Source: an uncultured bacterium
Lineage (GTDB): Bacteria; Verrucomicrobiota; Kiritimatiellia; CAIKKV01
NCBI GenBank assembly: GCA_938038445.1
Contig: CALHRZ010000019.1
Coordinates: 40,649-104,648 of the forward strand
DNA length: 64,000 nucleotides
Reading direction: 5' to 3'
The translations under genes and the position numbers were made by a program. Below, piece after piece: positions 51,526 through 60,935 of the stretch. Within the stretch, counting starts at the first letter, position 1, and each line of letters starts with the position of its first letter. Below the pieces are notes generated by a model, which saw only the letters and a program-made list of their open reading frames with translations, was not told the origin of the DNA and did not search any database.

Positions 51526-53001
51526 TTACGGAGATTGAGGAAGTCGGTATTGGGCCGCAATCCGCGCGTTGGCGGCGGTCAATTGCTCTCGATTGAGAAC
51601 GAGATCGATGTGGAGGTCGGAGATCCGGACGCGGTGGATAAAGCCATCCCGTTTTCGGATTTCCAGGATATCGGCCAGGCTTTGCACCGGTTCGCCGTTG
51701 ACGTGGGTGACGACCGCATCGGAAATCTCCTGGTACCCTATGTTGATTTCATCGGGCAGTACGGCGACGAGCAATGGCACCCGTTCGCCCGACAAGGCGG
51801 GATCCTCCCGCCCGAGCAGGAAAAGACGAACCAGCCGCGCGTTGGCCCGCATGAGCCAATTTCCTCCGACCGCCCGCAAATAATCCCCCGAAAGATCGCG
51901 AAAAATAAATCCTCCTTCTATGAGCCAGGGGGGTGGCACGGGATCATAGACGGGAACGCGGCTCGGCAGGTCCGTCCAGGCGGACAGCGTGAGGGTGTCC
52001 CGGCGGAGTTCCCCGTTGCGTAAAACGGCGATGGGGATTTCATCGCCGGGAGATGAGAATGCGATTTGGGCGGAAAAGGGCAGGGGGCCAAGCCATTCAT
52101 CCCGGTAATATCCTTGATGGTCGAGGTGGTGGCCATCCCACTCGAGCAGGATATCGTTGGGTTGGAGGATTGGAGCGGCCTTCGATCCTGGGAACGTGCG
52201 GACGACCAACACCCCTTCGGAGATGGATTCCGGAGCACGGAGAAAGGCACGGAGGGCCGGATCGGGAAGCGGTTGCCAGGAGAATCCGGCCGCGGCGGCG
52301 CCACGATAGGCGCCGGATTGTGCTTCGGCGGCGAATCGGCGCAGGGCGAGACCGGGGACCAACACGCCGAGGCGCGTCGAGTTTTCGTAGCGGGAGATGA
52401 TCCCCGCGAGTCGTCCTTTGAGGAGAATGGGAGCGCCCGTCCCGTTTACAGGAAGCTCGGAGAGAAACGAAATCGCGGGAGTAGGGGGGACGGTTTCATC
52501 GGACGCTTCCATGATTCCTCGGAGAAGGAGTGCGGATCCCTTTTGAAAAATGCCTCCTTCGACAATATGATAAAGGCTCCCGTTTTCGCCAAGGGGAGGC
52601 TTTTCATCGATTTCCAGGGGCTTCAATGCCCCCTCAAAAGGGGTGCCGGCCACATCGAGCAGTGCGAGATTTCGTTCGCGGTCGGTCAAAAGCAAGCGGA
52701 TGGCGGTAAAACGGGCGCTTTCACTTTGTCCAAGCTCCACGAGTGTGGAGTCTCGAACGAGCGTTTCGACGGTCAGAAGCCGATTGGAAGAGAGGGCGAC
52801 CGCGTAACCGGCGCGACGTTCCGGCGGCTCTTTTTTCCAGGGTTGGGCGGGCACCGTTCGTTGCGCTGTCACCCGAAGGGGGAAGACGGAATCGCGCAAC
52901 GAGTTTTCGCGAGTGGGGAGCGCGGGCTGAGCCGGGAGGAGACCGGCGATCCCGGCTACGGCCGAAAGGCAAGCGACGCGCAATGAAAGCCAGTCGGTCA
53001 T
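51526..53001 (-). CDS. Deg/HtrA-like pseudoprotease (catalytic triad substituted) with PDZ-like C-terminal region
   Basis: Collinear paralogue of the upstream gene. The triad positions read RLLTVETLV (His to Thr), RNLALLDV (Asp to Asn) and VNGTGAPIL (Ser to Thr). Signal peptide MTDWLSLRVACLSAVAGIAGLLPA. ATGA overlap with the upstream stop. Confidence 0.8.
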   Translation of the reverse strand: MTDWLSLRVACLSAVAGIAGLLPAQPALPTRENSLRDSVFPLRVTAQRTVPAQPWKKEPPERRAGYAVALSSNRLLTVETLVRDSTLVELGQSESARFTAIRLLLTDRERNLALLDVAGTPFEGALKPLEIDEKPPLGENGSLYHIVEGGIFQKGSALLLRGIMEASDETVPPTPAISFLSELPVNGTGAPILLKGRLAGIISRYENSTRLGVLVPGLALRRFAAEAQSGAYRGAAAAGFSWQPLPDPALRAFLRAPESISEGVLVVRTFPGSKAAPILQPNDILLEWDGHHLDHQGYYRDEWLGPLPFSAQIAFSSPGDEIPIAVLRNGELRRDTLTLSAWTDLPSRVPVYDPVPPPWLIEGGFIFRDLSGDYLRAVGGNWLMRANARLVRLFLLGREDPALSGERVPLLVAVLPDEINIGYQEISDAVVTHVNGEPVQSLADILEIRKRDGFIHRVRISDLHIDLVLNREQLTAANARIAAQYRLPQSP

Positions 53002-54485
53002 GGCATTTGTTCGGAAGGGGGAAGGCGGCTCATGGCCGGCACACGGTAGAGTGCCGCGATGGCCGGCCATGAGGCATCGGCGGCATCGGCAGGGAGGACA
53101 AGGAAATCAGGCCGATCGTGGAAACGGATCACGTGGAATCCCTGAACGGGCGACTCCAGAGCAGGGGGCAGATCGTTTATGGAATGGATGGGACGATCAT
53201 TGACGGCGGCAACGGCGCTGAGGAGGAAGGAATCGGCGTAGGCATTGACTGCATGGGGCAGACGGCCGATGAGCACGACACGCTCGCGGTCCAGCGCATG
53301 GAGGCCGTCGGCACGACCAAACTGCCAGGCATAGAGAAGGTGTTGCGCCTGGGGCATGTTGAGTTGGCGTTGAGTGGCAATAAGGAGTTCGCGGGAAAGG
53401 GGGGAGAAGATGAGGCCGCCGAGCACGAGGTAAGGAGGGGCGATATCGTACTGGCGAGCGAAACGGAAGTCCGGCGAAGGGGGAACGAGGGGGACGGCGA
53501 TTCGGAGAAGGGCATTTGAACGCCAGAGGTCAAAAAAAACAGTTTCGCCGACCTGTTTTCGCTCAAGGAGTTCGATGAATTCGATGGGTTGTTTGCCAAT
53601 CAAAATGGTCCCATCGTCGCGGATTATCGCTCCGTCGATGGCCAGGAGGACATCGCCCGGCAAGAGCCTGTTGGCGGCGCTTTCCCGTGGGTCGACGCGA
53701 GCGACGACGACTCCGGAGCGGTTGGTGGGGAGGCCGAGGGAAGCGCGGAGGGCGGGATTGCGAAGGGGGAGGTGCGCCACGCCGAGTTCGGGGTAGCCGT
53801 CGTAGCGGCCGTCCGCGATGTCATCAAGGAAGTGACGGATGACGGGGATGGGAATAGCGTATCCAATATTCTGGGCCCCTCGGATCCCCTGGAAGGCAAC
53901 CCCGACGACGCGGTTTTTGTAAAGTACAGGGCCGCCACTGTTGCCGGGATTGATAGCGGCGTCAATCTGAAGAACAAGATGACTGTCCACGTCGCTATGA
54001 GAATAGGGCTGATAATCGATGCGGGAAACGACGCCCCGGGTGATGGAAAGGCGGTTTCCGCCGATCGGGAAGCCGACGGCAATGACCTGGTCATCGAGAG
54101 CGGGAAGCGCGCGACTGAGGCCGAGGGGACGAATACCGTCCCAGAAAGCGGAGTCGAGCACATCCAGAACGGCGAGGTCACAATCGTGTCCGATGAAGGC
54201 GACTCGGGCGGGAAAGCGGCGGGCGTCGCCCTCGCGCTGGACTTCGAGATAGCGGGCGTCGGAAACCACATGGGCATTCGTAAGCAGCCGTTGTTTTCGG
54301 CCATCTTGGAGAATAAAACCGGAGCCACTGGCTTGGGCAGGAGCGCTTTCCTGCCAGGGGAGCGTGAAGTTGGGGCGTTGAGCGGTGACGAGGATTTTGA
54401 CGACGGAAGCCGACCAAGAGTGGGCGGACGTTACGCCAATCATCAGGCTCAATCCGATGGCGAGGAAAGGGGAACGGTATCGCAC
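52998..54485 (-). CDS. S1C (Deg/HtrA-like) serine protease with C-terminal PDZ-like domains
   Basis: Intact triad motifs LLTNAHVV, HDCDLAVLDV and INPGNSGGPVL. Signal peptide MRYRSPFLAIGLSLMIGVTSAHS. Confidence 0.9.
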   Translation of the reverse strand: MRYRSPFLAIGLSLMIGVTSAHSWSASVVKILVTAQRPNFTLPWQESAPAQASGSGFILQDGRKQRLLTNAHVVSDARYLEVQREGDARRFPARVAFIGHDCDLAVLDVLDSAFWDGIRPLGLSRALPALDDQVIAVGFPIGGNRLSITRGVVSRIDYQPYSHSDVDSHLVLQIDAAINPGNSGGPVLYKNRVVGVAFQGIRGAQNIGYAIPIPVIRHFLDDIADGRYDGYPELGVAHLPLRNPALRASLGLPTNRSGVVVARVDPRESAANRLLPGDVLLAIDGAIIRDDGTILIGKQPIEFIELLERKQVGETVFFDLWRSNALLRIAVPLVPPSPDFRFARQYDIAPPYLVLGGLIFSPLSRELLIATQRQLNMPQAQHLLYAWQFGRADGLHALDRERVVLIGRLPHAVNAYADSFLLSAVAAVNDRPIHSINDLPPALESPVQGFHVIRFHDRPDFLVLPADAADASWPAIAALYRVPAMSRLPPSEQMP

Positions 54486-54494
54486 GTTGTGTCT

Positions 54495-55049
54495 TTAGAA
54501 TTTGAGGGAAAGGCCGGCGGAAACTTCTAGATCGTTGAATTTGAATTCGTCCAGTTCTTGCCATTTATAGAAGTCGTAAAAACCCGTCAGATTGAGCGAC
54601 AACCGGTTCCCAATCGGCACTTCGATTCCGAGCAGCCAGTTGAAGTAGAGGTCATTCCAGCCGCGACTTTCTTGATCGGTGTCCAGGAAATAAGGTTTTC
54701 GGATTCCGAGTCCTGCGAAGAGCCAGCGGTCCTGGAAGCAAAGGCTGCCGAAAGGGGTCAGAGCAAAGCCGTCCGTTTCCGCTCCGGGTCTGCTGCAGAA
54801 TTCGAGGCCGAACTGCAGGAAGCCGGCTGCGTCGTGGTATTCGTAGGAGAGGCCGAACCCGACATCGTCCTTTTGGAATGGCCGGTTGGTGTAGGCGCTG
54901 TGGTCGCCGTAGTAGCGGGCGGACGCCGTAAGGGTGTGCCTTCCGGAAATGGTACGCGTGGTCTTGCCGCGGGGTGCGGCGGTCGTGGTGGAGGCGAGGA
55001 CGGCGAAGAAGGCGAGAGCCAGAGGGGTGAAGAAATGTTTTTTTCTCAT
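54495..55049 (-). CDS. small outer-membrane beta-barrel protein (184 aa)
   Basis: ATG 55049 gives the signal peptide MRKKHFFTPLALAFFAVLASTTTAA. Alternating aromatic/hydrophobic beta-strand pattern, and the C-terminal residue is Phe (...VSAGLSLKF). The longer listed ORF is an extension with no protein-like character. Confidence 0.65.
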   Translation of the reverse strand: MRKKHFFTPLALAFFAVLASTTTAAPRGKTTRTISGRHTLTASARYYGDHSAYTNRPFQKDDVGFGLSYEYHDAAGFLQFGLEFCSRPGAETDGFALTPFGSLCFQDRWLFAGLGIRKPYFLDTDQESRGWNDLYFNWLLGIEVPIGNRLSLNLTGFYDFYKWQELDEFKFNDLEVSAGLSLKF

Positions 55050-55244
55050 GGTGGATCTCCTAACCTTTTGATTATGCGGGAGGGCAACGTTGCCGGTCAA
55101 TTCCGTAAATCTGTTTTCTTTTGGGCGACGCTTCTTTACGCCGATGCGGCAGGTGCGCAGAATGTTATGCGAAGGCCTCTGCAAAAAAATCGTAAGGGGT
55201 CTTGTTCCTCCCCCGTGGTTTGCTATCATTTCCCTTTTCGTGCG

Positions 55245-55868
55245 ATGATTACGATCGTGGATTACAAAGCCGGGAATCTCACCAGCGTACGACTGGCGTT
55301 TGAAAAGCTGGGGGAACGAGCAGTTGTGACGGGCGACCCCGAGGCAGTGCGGGGGGCGGAGCGGGTTGTGTTTCCAGGAGTGGGAGCCGCTTCCTCCGCA
55401 ATGGCCACTTTGCGGCGAACGGGGCTGGAGGAAGCGCTTTCGGAAGCGGCTCGTCGGGGGGTCCCTTTTTTGGGCATCTGTTTGGGAGCCCAAATTATTT
55501 TGGAACGTTCCGAAGAAGATGGGGGCACAATGGGGCTGGGCTTACTGCCGGGTACGGCCCGGCGGTTTGGTTTTTTCGATCCTCGGATAAAGGTACCGCA
55601 CATGGGCTGGAATGCGGTGCGTCCCTGCAGGGCGCATCCCTTGTTTGCGGGAATTCCCGAGAACAGTGAGTTTTATTTCGTTCACAGCTATTATCCCGAT
55701 CCATCGGCGGAAAACCTCCGGCTGGCGGTGACCGAATACGCCGGCTTCGAATTTGCGTCGGCGATTGGGCGTGGATCCCTTGCGGCGGTCCAGTTTCATC
55801 CTGAGAAGTCGGGACGGGTTGGGCTTCGGTTGCTGGCCAATTTCGCGCGGTGGGACGGTGGATGCTGA
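55245..55868 (+). CDS. hisH: imidazole glycerol phosphate synthase, glutamine amidotransferase subunit
   Basis: MITIVDYKAGNLTSV, catalytic Cys in GICLGAQ, HMGWN, and FHPEKS. The listed ORF 54558..55868 is an upstream extension. Confidence 0.93.
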   Translation: MITIVDYKAGNLTSVRLAFEKLGERAVVTGDPEAVRGAERVVFPGVGAASSAMATLRRTGLEEALSEAARRGVPFLGICLGAQIILERSEEDGGTMGLGLLPGTARRFGFFDPRIKVPHMGWNAVRPCRAHPLFAGIPENSEFYFVHSYYPDPSAENLRLAVTEYAGFEFASAIGRGSLAAVQFHPEKSGRVGLRLLANFARWDGGC

Positions 55869-56641
55869 CGCGGCGGATCATTCCTTGTTTGGATGTTCGG
55901 AACCGTCGGGTGACGAAGGGGGTCCGGTTTCAGGGAAACGTGGATTTGGGGGATCCGGTGGAGATGGCGGCCCGGTATAGCGCGGAAGGGTGCGACGAGC
56001 TGGTGTTTTATGATATTACGGCCTCGGCCGAGCATCGGCCGATTGACTTGGCGATGGTGGCCGAAGTTGCCCGGACGATTTCGATTCCTTTTGCGGTCGG
56101 CGGGGGGGTATCTTCGTTAGCGGACATGGAACGCGTGCTTCTCGCGGGTGCGGAAAAAGTGTCGGTTAATTCCCATGCGGTGCTTAATCCGGCGTTGGTG
56201 CGGGAAGGTGCCGCCGCATTTGGCCGGCAGTGTATTGTACTGGGGATGGATCCTGTGAAGGCGGAGGATCGGACGCGGTTTCCAAGTGGGTATGAAGTGA
56301 CGATTCGGGGGTTCCGAACGCGGACGGGGCTGGACGCGCTTGAGTGGGCGCGGCGGGCGGCCGACCTTGGGGCGGGAGAGATTGTGGTCAATTCGGTGGA
56401 TGCGGACGGAACGCGGGGGGGATTCGAGCATACGATTACACGGCTTGTTGCCGAGGGAGTGAGTGTTCCGGTTGTGGCTTCGGGCGGTGCTGGCCATCCG
56501 GATCATCTGGTGGCGGTGTTTCGGGAGGCGCATGCCGATGCCGCGATTGTTGCGGGCATTCTGCACACGGGCGAGTGGACGCTTGCGGCCATCAAGGAGC
56601 GGCTGCGGGAGGCGGGAATACCGGTGCGTCGGGTTTGGTGA
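55862..56641 (+). CDS. hisF: imidazole glycerol phosphate synthase, cyclase subunit
   Basis: MLTRRIIPCLDV, DELVFYDITAS, AVGGGV and VNSVDADGTRGG. Overlaps hisH by 7 nt. Confidence 0.95.
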   Translation: MLTRRIIPCLDVRNRRVTKGVRFQGNVDLGDPVEMAARYSAEGCDELVFYDITASAEHRPIDLAMVAEVARTISIPFAVGGGVSSLADMERVLLAGAEKVSVNSHAVLNPALVREGAAAFGRQCIVLGMDPVKAEDRTRFPSGYEVTIRGFRTRTGLDALEWARRAADLGAGEIVVNSVDADGTRGGFEHTITRLVAEGVSVPVVASGGAGHPDHLVAVFREAHADAAIVAGILHTGEWTLAAIKERLREAGIPVRRVW

Positions 56642-56668
56642 AGGGAAGAGAAGGCGGAGAAGAAAGCC

Positions 56669-58597
56669 ATGGACGTCAGCACATTGGAACGCTGGACCGT
56701 CGAACAGTCGGCCGAATTGTATGCGATCCGGAATTGGGGCAGTGGGTATTTTGATGTTTCGCCGGAGGGGGATGTTGTGGTTCGGCTGCCCCGCCTGGCG
56801 AATGGGGGAGCGACGACGGTTCGGCTTTTGGACATAGTTGAGGGATTAAAGGCCCGCGGGATGATGTTGCCGGTGGTGCTTCGGTTTGCGGACATCCTGG
56901 GCGACCGGATTCGGCAGATCAACGAGACGTTTGCGCGGGCGGCTCAGGGGATCGGATATCGCGGAGGGTATCGTGGGGTTTATCCGATCAAGGTCAACCA
57001 GCAGCAGCAGGTGGTGGAGGAGGTGGCCCGGCAGGGGCGCCGTTGGCATCACGGTTTGGAGGCGGGAAGCAAAGCCGAGTTGGTTGCGGCGCTGGCCTAT
57101 CTTCAGGATCCGGAGGCCTATTTGGTTTGTAATGGATACAAGGACGAGGAGTTTATCCGGCTGGCATTGAACGCGCAGAAAATGGGGATGCATCCCCTGC
57201 TGGTTCTCGAGATGCCCGGCGAGTTGGAATTGATTCGGCGGGTGGCGGCCGATATGAACGTGCGGCCTGCGATGGGCGTGCGGGTGAAGCTGGCCTCTCG
57301 GGCGGGCGGGCGGTGGACCGAATCGGGAGGGGATCGGAGCGTTTTTGGGCTCAACACGGCCCAGGTGATGGACGTGGTCGAAGAGTTGCGGCGGCAGGGG
57401 ATGCTGGATTGCCTTCAAATGCTGCATTACCATCTCGGGTCCCAGATTCCGAACATTGACCACATTCGCCAGGCGGTTGCAGAGGCGGCTCGTCTTTATG
57501 TGGAACTGGTTCGGGAAGGGGCTGCGATGGGCATTCTCGACATCGGGGGGGGATTGGCGGTGGATTATGATGGGTCCCACACCAACTTTCCGAGCAGCAG
57601 TAACTACGACCTCTTCGAGTACTGGTCGGACGTGCTGGAAGGGATCTTGCGGGTCGCGGATTCCGCCGGGGTCCCCCATCCGACCATCATCAGTGAATCG
57701 GGCCGCGCGCTTGTCGCCTACCATTCCGTCCTTCTCTTTCAGATATTGGATACGGCCCGGCTCAGTTCTCACCCACCACCGGCGGCGATTCCGGCCGATG
57801 CACCGGAGCCACTGCGCAATCTGAAGGAGCTGGCGGACCAGCCATTGACCGCGAAAAATCTTCAGGAGTGCTATCACGACGCCGTGTATTATCGGGACGA
57901 ACTGCGGAATGGTTTTCTTCATGGAACGGTTCGCCTTCGGGATCGGGCAATCGGGGAACAGATTTTCTGGCATTTGGCCGATCGGGTTGTGAAAGAAGCG
58001 CGTTCACTGAAATATGTTCCGGAGGAAATTCAGAAGCTGGAGGTCGCGCTGGCGGACATCTACTATGCCAATTTCAGCGTCTTTCAGAGTCTGCCGGACT
58101 CCTGGGCGATCGGTCAGCTTTTTCCCATTCTGCCGATCCACCGCTTGAATGAACGGCCGTCTCGGTTGGCGACCTTTTCTGACATCACGTGCGACTGCGA
58201 CGGGAAAATTGATCGTTTCATTGACTTGCACGATGTCAAGGAAGCCCTTCCGGTCCATTCGGTACGGCCGAACGAGGATTATATTTTTGGTGTTTTTCTT
58301 GTCGGGGCTTACCAGGAGACGCTGGGCGATCTGCATAATCTATTCGGCGACACCAACGTGGTCACGGTAGCCGCATCCCCCGACGGAATGGGATTTGAGT
58401 TGGTGCATGAGATCCATGGGGATTCCGTTGCGGACGTTTTGTCCTATGTCGAATATGACCCGAAAGAGATGGTGGAGCGGGTGCGGGAACTGGCGGAAAA
58501 TGCGGTCCGAACAGGCCGGATCACTGCGGAAGAACGACGGGTAATTTTGGACGAGTACAGTGCGGGGCTTCGGGGGTACACCTATTACGAAACATGA
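56669..58597 (+). CDS. speA: biosynthetic arginine decarboxylase
   Basis: 642 aa. WTVEQSAELYAIRNWGSGYFDV N-terminus, PLP-lysine segment GVYPIKVNQQ, GGGLAVDYDG, and a C-terminal SpeA-specific region. Confidence 0.95.
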   Translation: MDVSTLERWTVEQSAELYAIRNWGSGYFDVSPEGDVVVRLPRLANGGATTVRLLDIVEGLKARGMMLPVVLRFADILGDRIRQINETFARAAQGIGYRGGYRGVYPIKVNQQQQVVEEVARQGRRWHHGLEAGSKAELVAALAYLQDPEAYLVCNGYKDEEFIRLALNAQKMGMHPLLVLEMPGELELIRRVAADMNVRPAMGVRVKLASRAGGRWTESGGDRSVFGLNTAQVMDVVEELRRQGMLDCLQMLHYHLGSQIPNIDHIRQAVAEAARLYVELVREGAAMGILDIGGGLAVDYDGSHTNFPSSSNYDLFEYWSDVLEGILRVADSAGVPHPTIISESGRALVAYHSVLLFQILDTARLSSHPPPAAIPADAPEPLRNLKELADQPLTAKNLQECYHDAVYYRDELRNGFLHGTVRLRDRAIGEQIFWHLADRVVKEARSLKYVPEEIQKLEVALADIYYANFSVFQSLPDSWAIGQLFPILPIHRLNERPSRLATFSDITCDCDGKIDRFIDLHDVKEALPVHSVRPNEDYIFGVFLVGAYQETLGDLHNLFGDTNVVTVAASPDGMGFELVHEIHGDSVADVLSYVEYDPKEMVERVRELAENAVRTGRITAEERRVILDEYSAGLRGYTYYET

Positions 58598-58614
58598 GCG
58601 GGAGGATCCAAGCA

Positions 58615-59790
58615 ATGAATCGGGTATTGATTATCGGGGCGGGCGGCGTGGCCAATGTGACGGTTCGGAAATGTGCTGCGTTGCCGGACGTTTTTCATGA
58701 GATCGTGTTGGCCAGTCGGACGAAAGAGAAATGCGACCGAATTGCCGCCGATCTCCCCCGTCCGATTCGGACGGCGGCGGTTGATGCGAGCGATCCGAAA
58801 CAGGTGGGCGACTTGATTCACGCGGTGAAACCGCGTCTGGTTGTGCATCTTGCCTTGCCTTATCAGGATCTGGCCGTCATGCAAGCCTGTCTTGAGAAGG
58901 GGGTGGACTATTTGGATACGGCCAACTACGAGTCGCCCGAGGAGGCGCGGTTCGAATATCGGCAGCAATGGGCCTTTCACGAGCCCTATGCGGAGAAAGG
59001 GATCATGGGGTTGCTCGGGTGCGGGTTTGATCCGGGCGTGACCAACCTCTTTATCGCCTATGCCCTTAAGCATCATTTTGATGCGATTGAGGAAGTGGAC
59101 ATTATGGACTGCAATGCGGGCTCGCATGGGCTTCCCTTTGCGACCAACTTCAATCCGGAAATCAACATTCGGGAAATCACCCAGAAAGGGCGGTATTGGG
59201 AAAATGGCCAATGGAAGGAGACGGAACCGTTGGCGGTTCACAAGACATTCGACTTTCCAGAAATCGGCCCCCGGGAAATGTATTTGATGTATCACGAGGA
59301 ATTGGAATCATTGGTGCGAAACATTCCCGGTCTCAAAGCGATCCGGTTTTGGATGACCTTCAGTGAGTCTTATTTGACCCATTTGAGAGTTTTGCAGAAC
59401 GTGGGGCTTACCCGCATTGAGCCGGTTTTGTTTGAGGGGCGCCCGATTGTTCCGCTCCAATTTTTGAAAGCCCTGTTGCCGGATCCGGCGTCGCTGGCGC
59501 CGCGGTACACGGGCAAGACGAACATCGGCTGTTTAATCCGTGGCAGGAAAAACGGACAACCTCGAACGTACTACATCTATAACGTGTGTGATCATGCGGC
59601 CTGCTATCGCGAAGTGAAAGCGCAGGCGATTTCTTATACCACGGGGGTTCCGGCCATGATAGGGTCGAAACTCATTCTGGAAGGCGTTTGGCGGCGGCCC
59701 GGCGTGTGGAACACCGAGCAACTGGACCCGGATCCCTTCCTGGCCGATTTGAATCGGTTCGGATTGCCTTGGCAGGAGAAATTTCTGTGA
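58615..59790 (+). CDS. carboxynorspermidine/carboxyspermidine dehydrogenase (saccharopine dehydrogenase family)
   Basis: MNRVLIIGAGGVANV Rossmann start with GGAGG 9 nt upstream; an alternative ATG at 58594 overlaps the speA stop. About 390 aa with a GFDPGVTN segment. Sits between speA and the decarboxylase gene. Confidence 0.88.
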   Translation: MNRVLIIGAGGVANVTVRKCAALPDVFHEIVLASRTKEKCDRIAADLPRPIRTAAVDASDPKQVGDLIHAVKPRLVVHLALPYQDLAVMQACLEKGVDYLDTANYESPEEARFEYRQQWAFHEPYAEKGIMGLLGCGFDPGVTNLFIAYALKHHFDAIEEVDIMDCNAGSHGLPFATNFNPEINIREITQKGRYWENGQWKETEPLAVHKTFDFPEIGPREMYLMYHEELESLVRNIPGLKAIRFWMTFSESYLTHLRVLQNVGLTRIEPVLFEGRPIVPLQFLKALLPDPASLAPRYTGKTNIGCLIRGRKNGQPRTYYIYNVCDHAACYREVKAQAISYTTGVPAMIGSKLILEGVWRRPGVWNTEQLDPDPFLADLNRFGLPWQEKFL

Positions 59791-60935
59791 GGGGGAGGGA
59801 CTGGCGCACTCTGGCTTCGACCCCCTGCTTTGTCGTGGATATCGAGCGGCTGGAGCGGAACCTTCGCGTGTTGTGGGAAGTCAAACAGCGAACGGGGTGC
59901 CGGATTCTTTTGGCCCAGAAGGGGTTTGCGTTCTATCGGCTCTATTCGCTCATCGGACGGTATTTAGACGGGGTGTGCGCCAGTTCTCCGCACGAGGCGC
60001 GATTGGGCTGGGAGGAAATGGGGAAAGAGGTGCATGTTTTTGCGTCGGCATACAGCGAACAGGACATGGGGGACCTTCTGAAATGGTGTGATCATATCGT
60101 GTTCAATTCGCTGGCCCAATGGGAACGGTTCCGCGCGATGCTGGTCGGTGCACCGCGAAGCATCAGCGCGGGGCTTCGGATCAATCCGGAGTATTCGGAG
60201 ATTACAACGCCGCTGTACGATCCCTGTCGTCCCGACTCCCGATTGGGGGTTCGGCGCCGTCATTTGGAGGGCCGATCACTGGAAGGGATTGAGGGACTTC
60301 ATTTTCATTGTTTGTGCGAACAGAATAGCGACGTGCTCGAGCGGGTGTTGACGCGGGTGGAGCGACAATTTTCTCCGTGGATTGCCGGCCGCCGCTGGGT
60401 GAATTTTGGGGGCGGGCATCATATCACGCGGAGGGATTATGACCGCGAGCGGCTGTGCCGTTTGTTGGAGGATTTTCGGCGACGGTATCCCCACCTTGAG
60501 GTTTATCTCGAGCCGGGAGAAGCCGTGGCGTTGGATGCGGGGTGGTTGGTGGCGACGGTTTTGGACGTGGTGGAGGCGGACCGTCCGATTGCGATTTTGG
60601 ACACTTCCGCGGCGGCGCACATGCCGGATGTTCTGGAAATGCCCTATCGCCCCCGGGTTGAAGGGGCGGGGGATCCTGGGGAAAAGGCCTGGACGTGTCA
60701 GCTGGCAGGATTGTCGTGTCTGGCGGGGGATGTGATCGGGGAATATAGTTTTGAGCGGCCGTTATCGGTGGGGGATCGCGTTGTTTTTGAGGACATGGCC
60801 CATTATACGATGGTGAAGACGACGACCTTTAATGGGCTTCGGTTGCCTTCGATTGCGATTTGGGACCCGTCAAAGGGAGTGTTGGACATCGTTCGTGAGT
60901 TTGGGTACGAGGATTTCAAATCGAGACTGGCATGA
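59787..60935 (+). CDS. nspC: carboxynorspermidine/carboxyspermidine decarboxylase
   Basis: TPCFVVDIERLERN, PLP-Lys region LLAQKGF, GGGHH, and CLAGD. The GTG start overlaps the upstream stop (GTGA). Confidence 0.9.
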   Translation: MRGRDWRTLASTPCFVVDIERLERNLRVLWEVKQRTGCRILLAQKGFAFYRLYSLIGRYLDGVCASSPHEARLGWEEMGKEVHVFASAYSEQDMGDLLKWCDHIVFNSLAQWERFRAMLVGAPRSISAGLRINPEYSEITTPLYDPCRPDSRLGVRRRHLEGRSLEGIEGLHFHCLCEQNSDVLERVLTRVERQFSPWIAGRRWVNFGGGHHITRRDYDRERLCRLLEDFRRRYPHLEVYLEPGEAVALDAGWLVATVLDVVEADRPIAILDTSAAAHMPDVLEMPYRPRVEGAGDPGEKAWTCQLAGLSCLAGDVIGEYSFERPLSVGDRVVFEDMAHYTMVKTTTFNGLRLPSIAIWDPSKGVLDIVREFGYEDFKSRLA

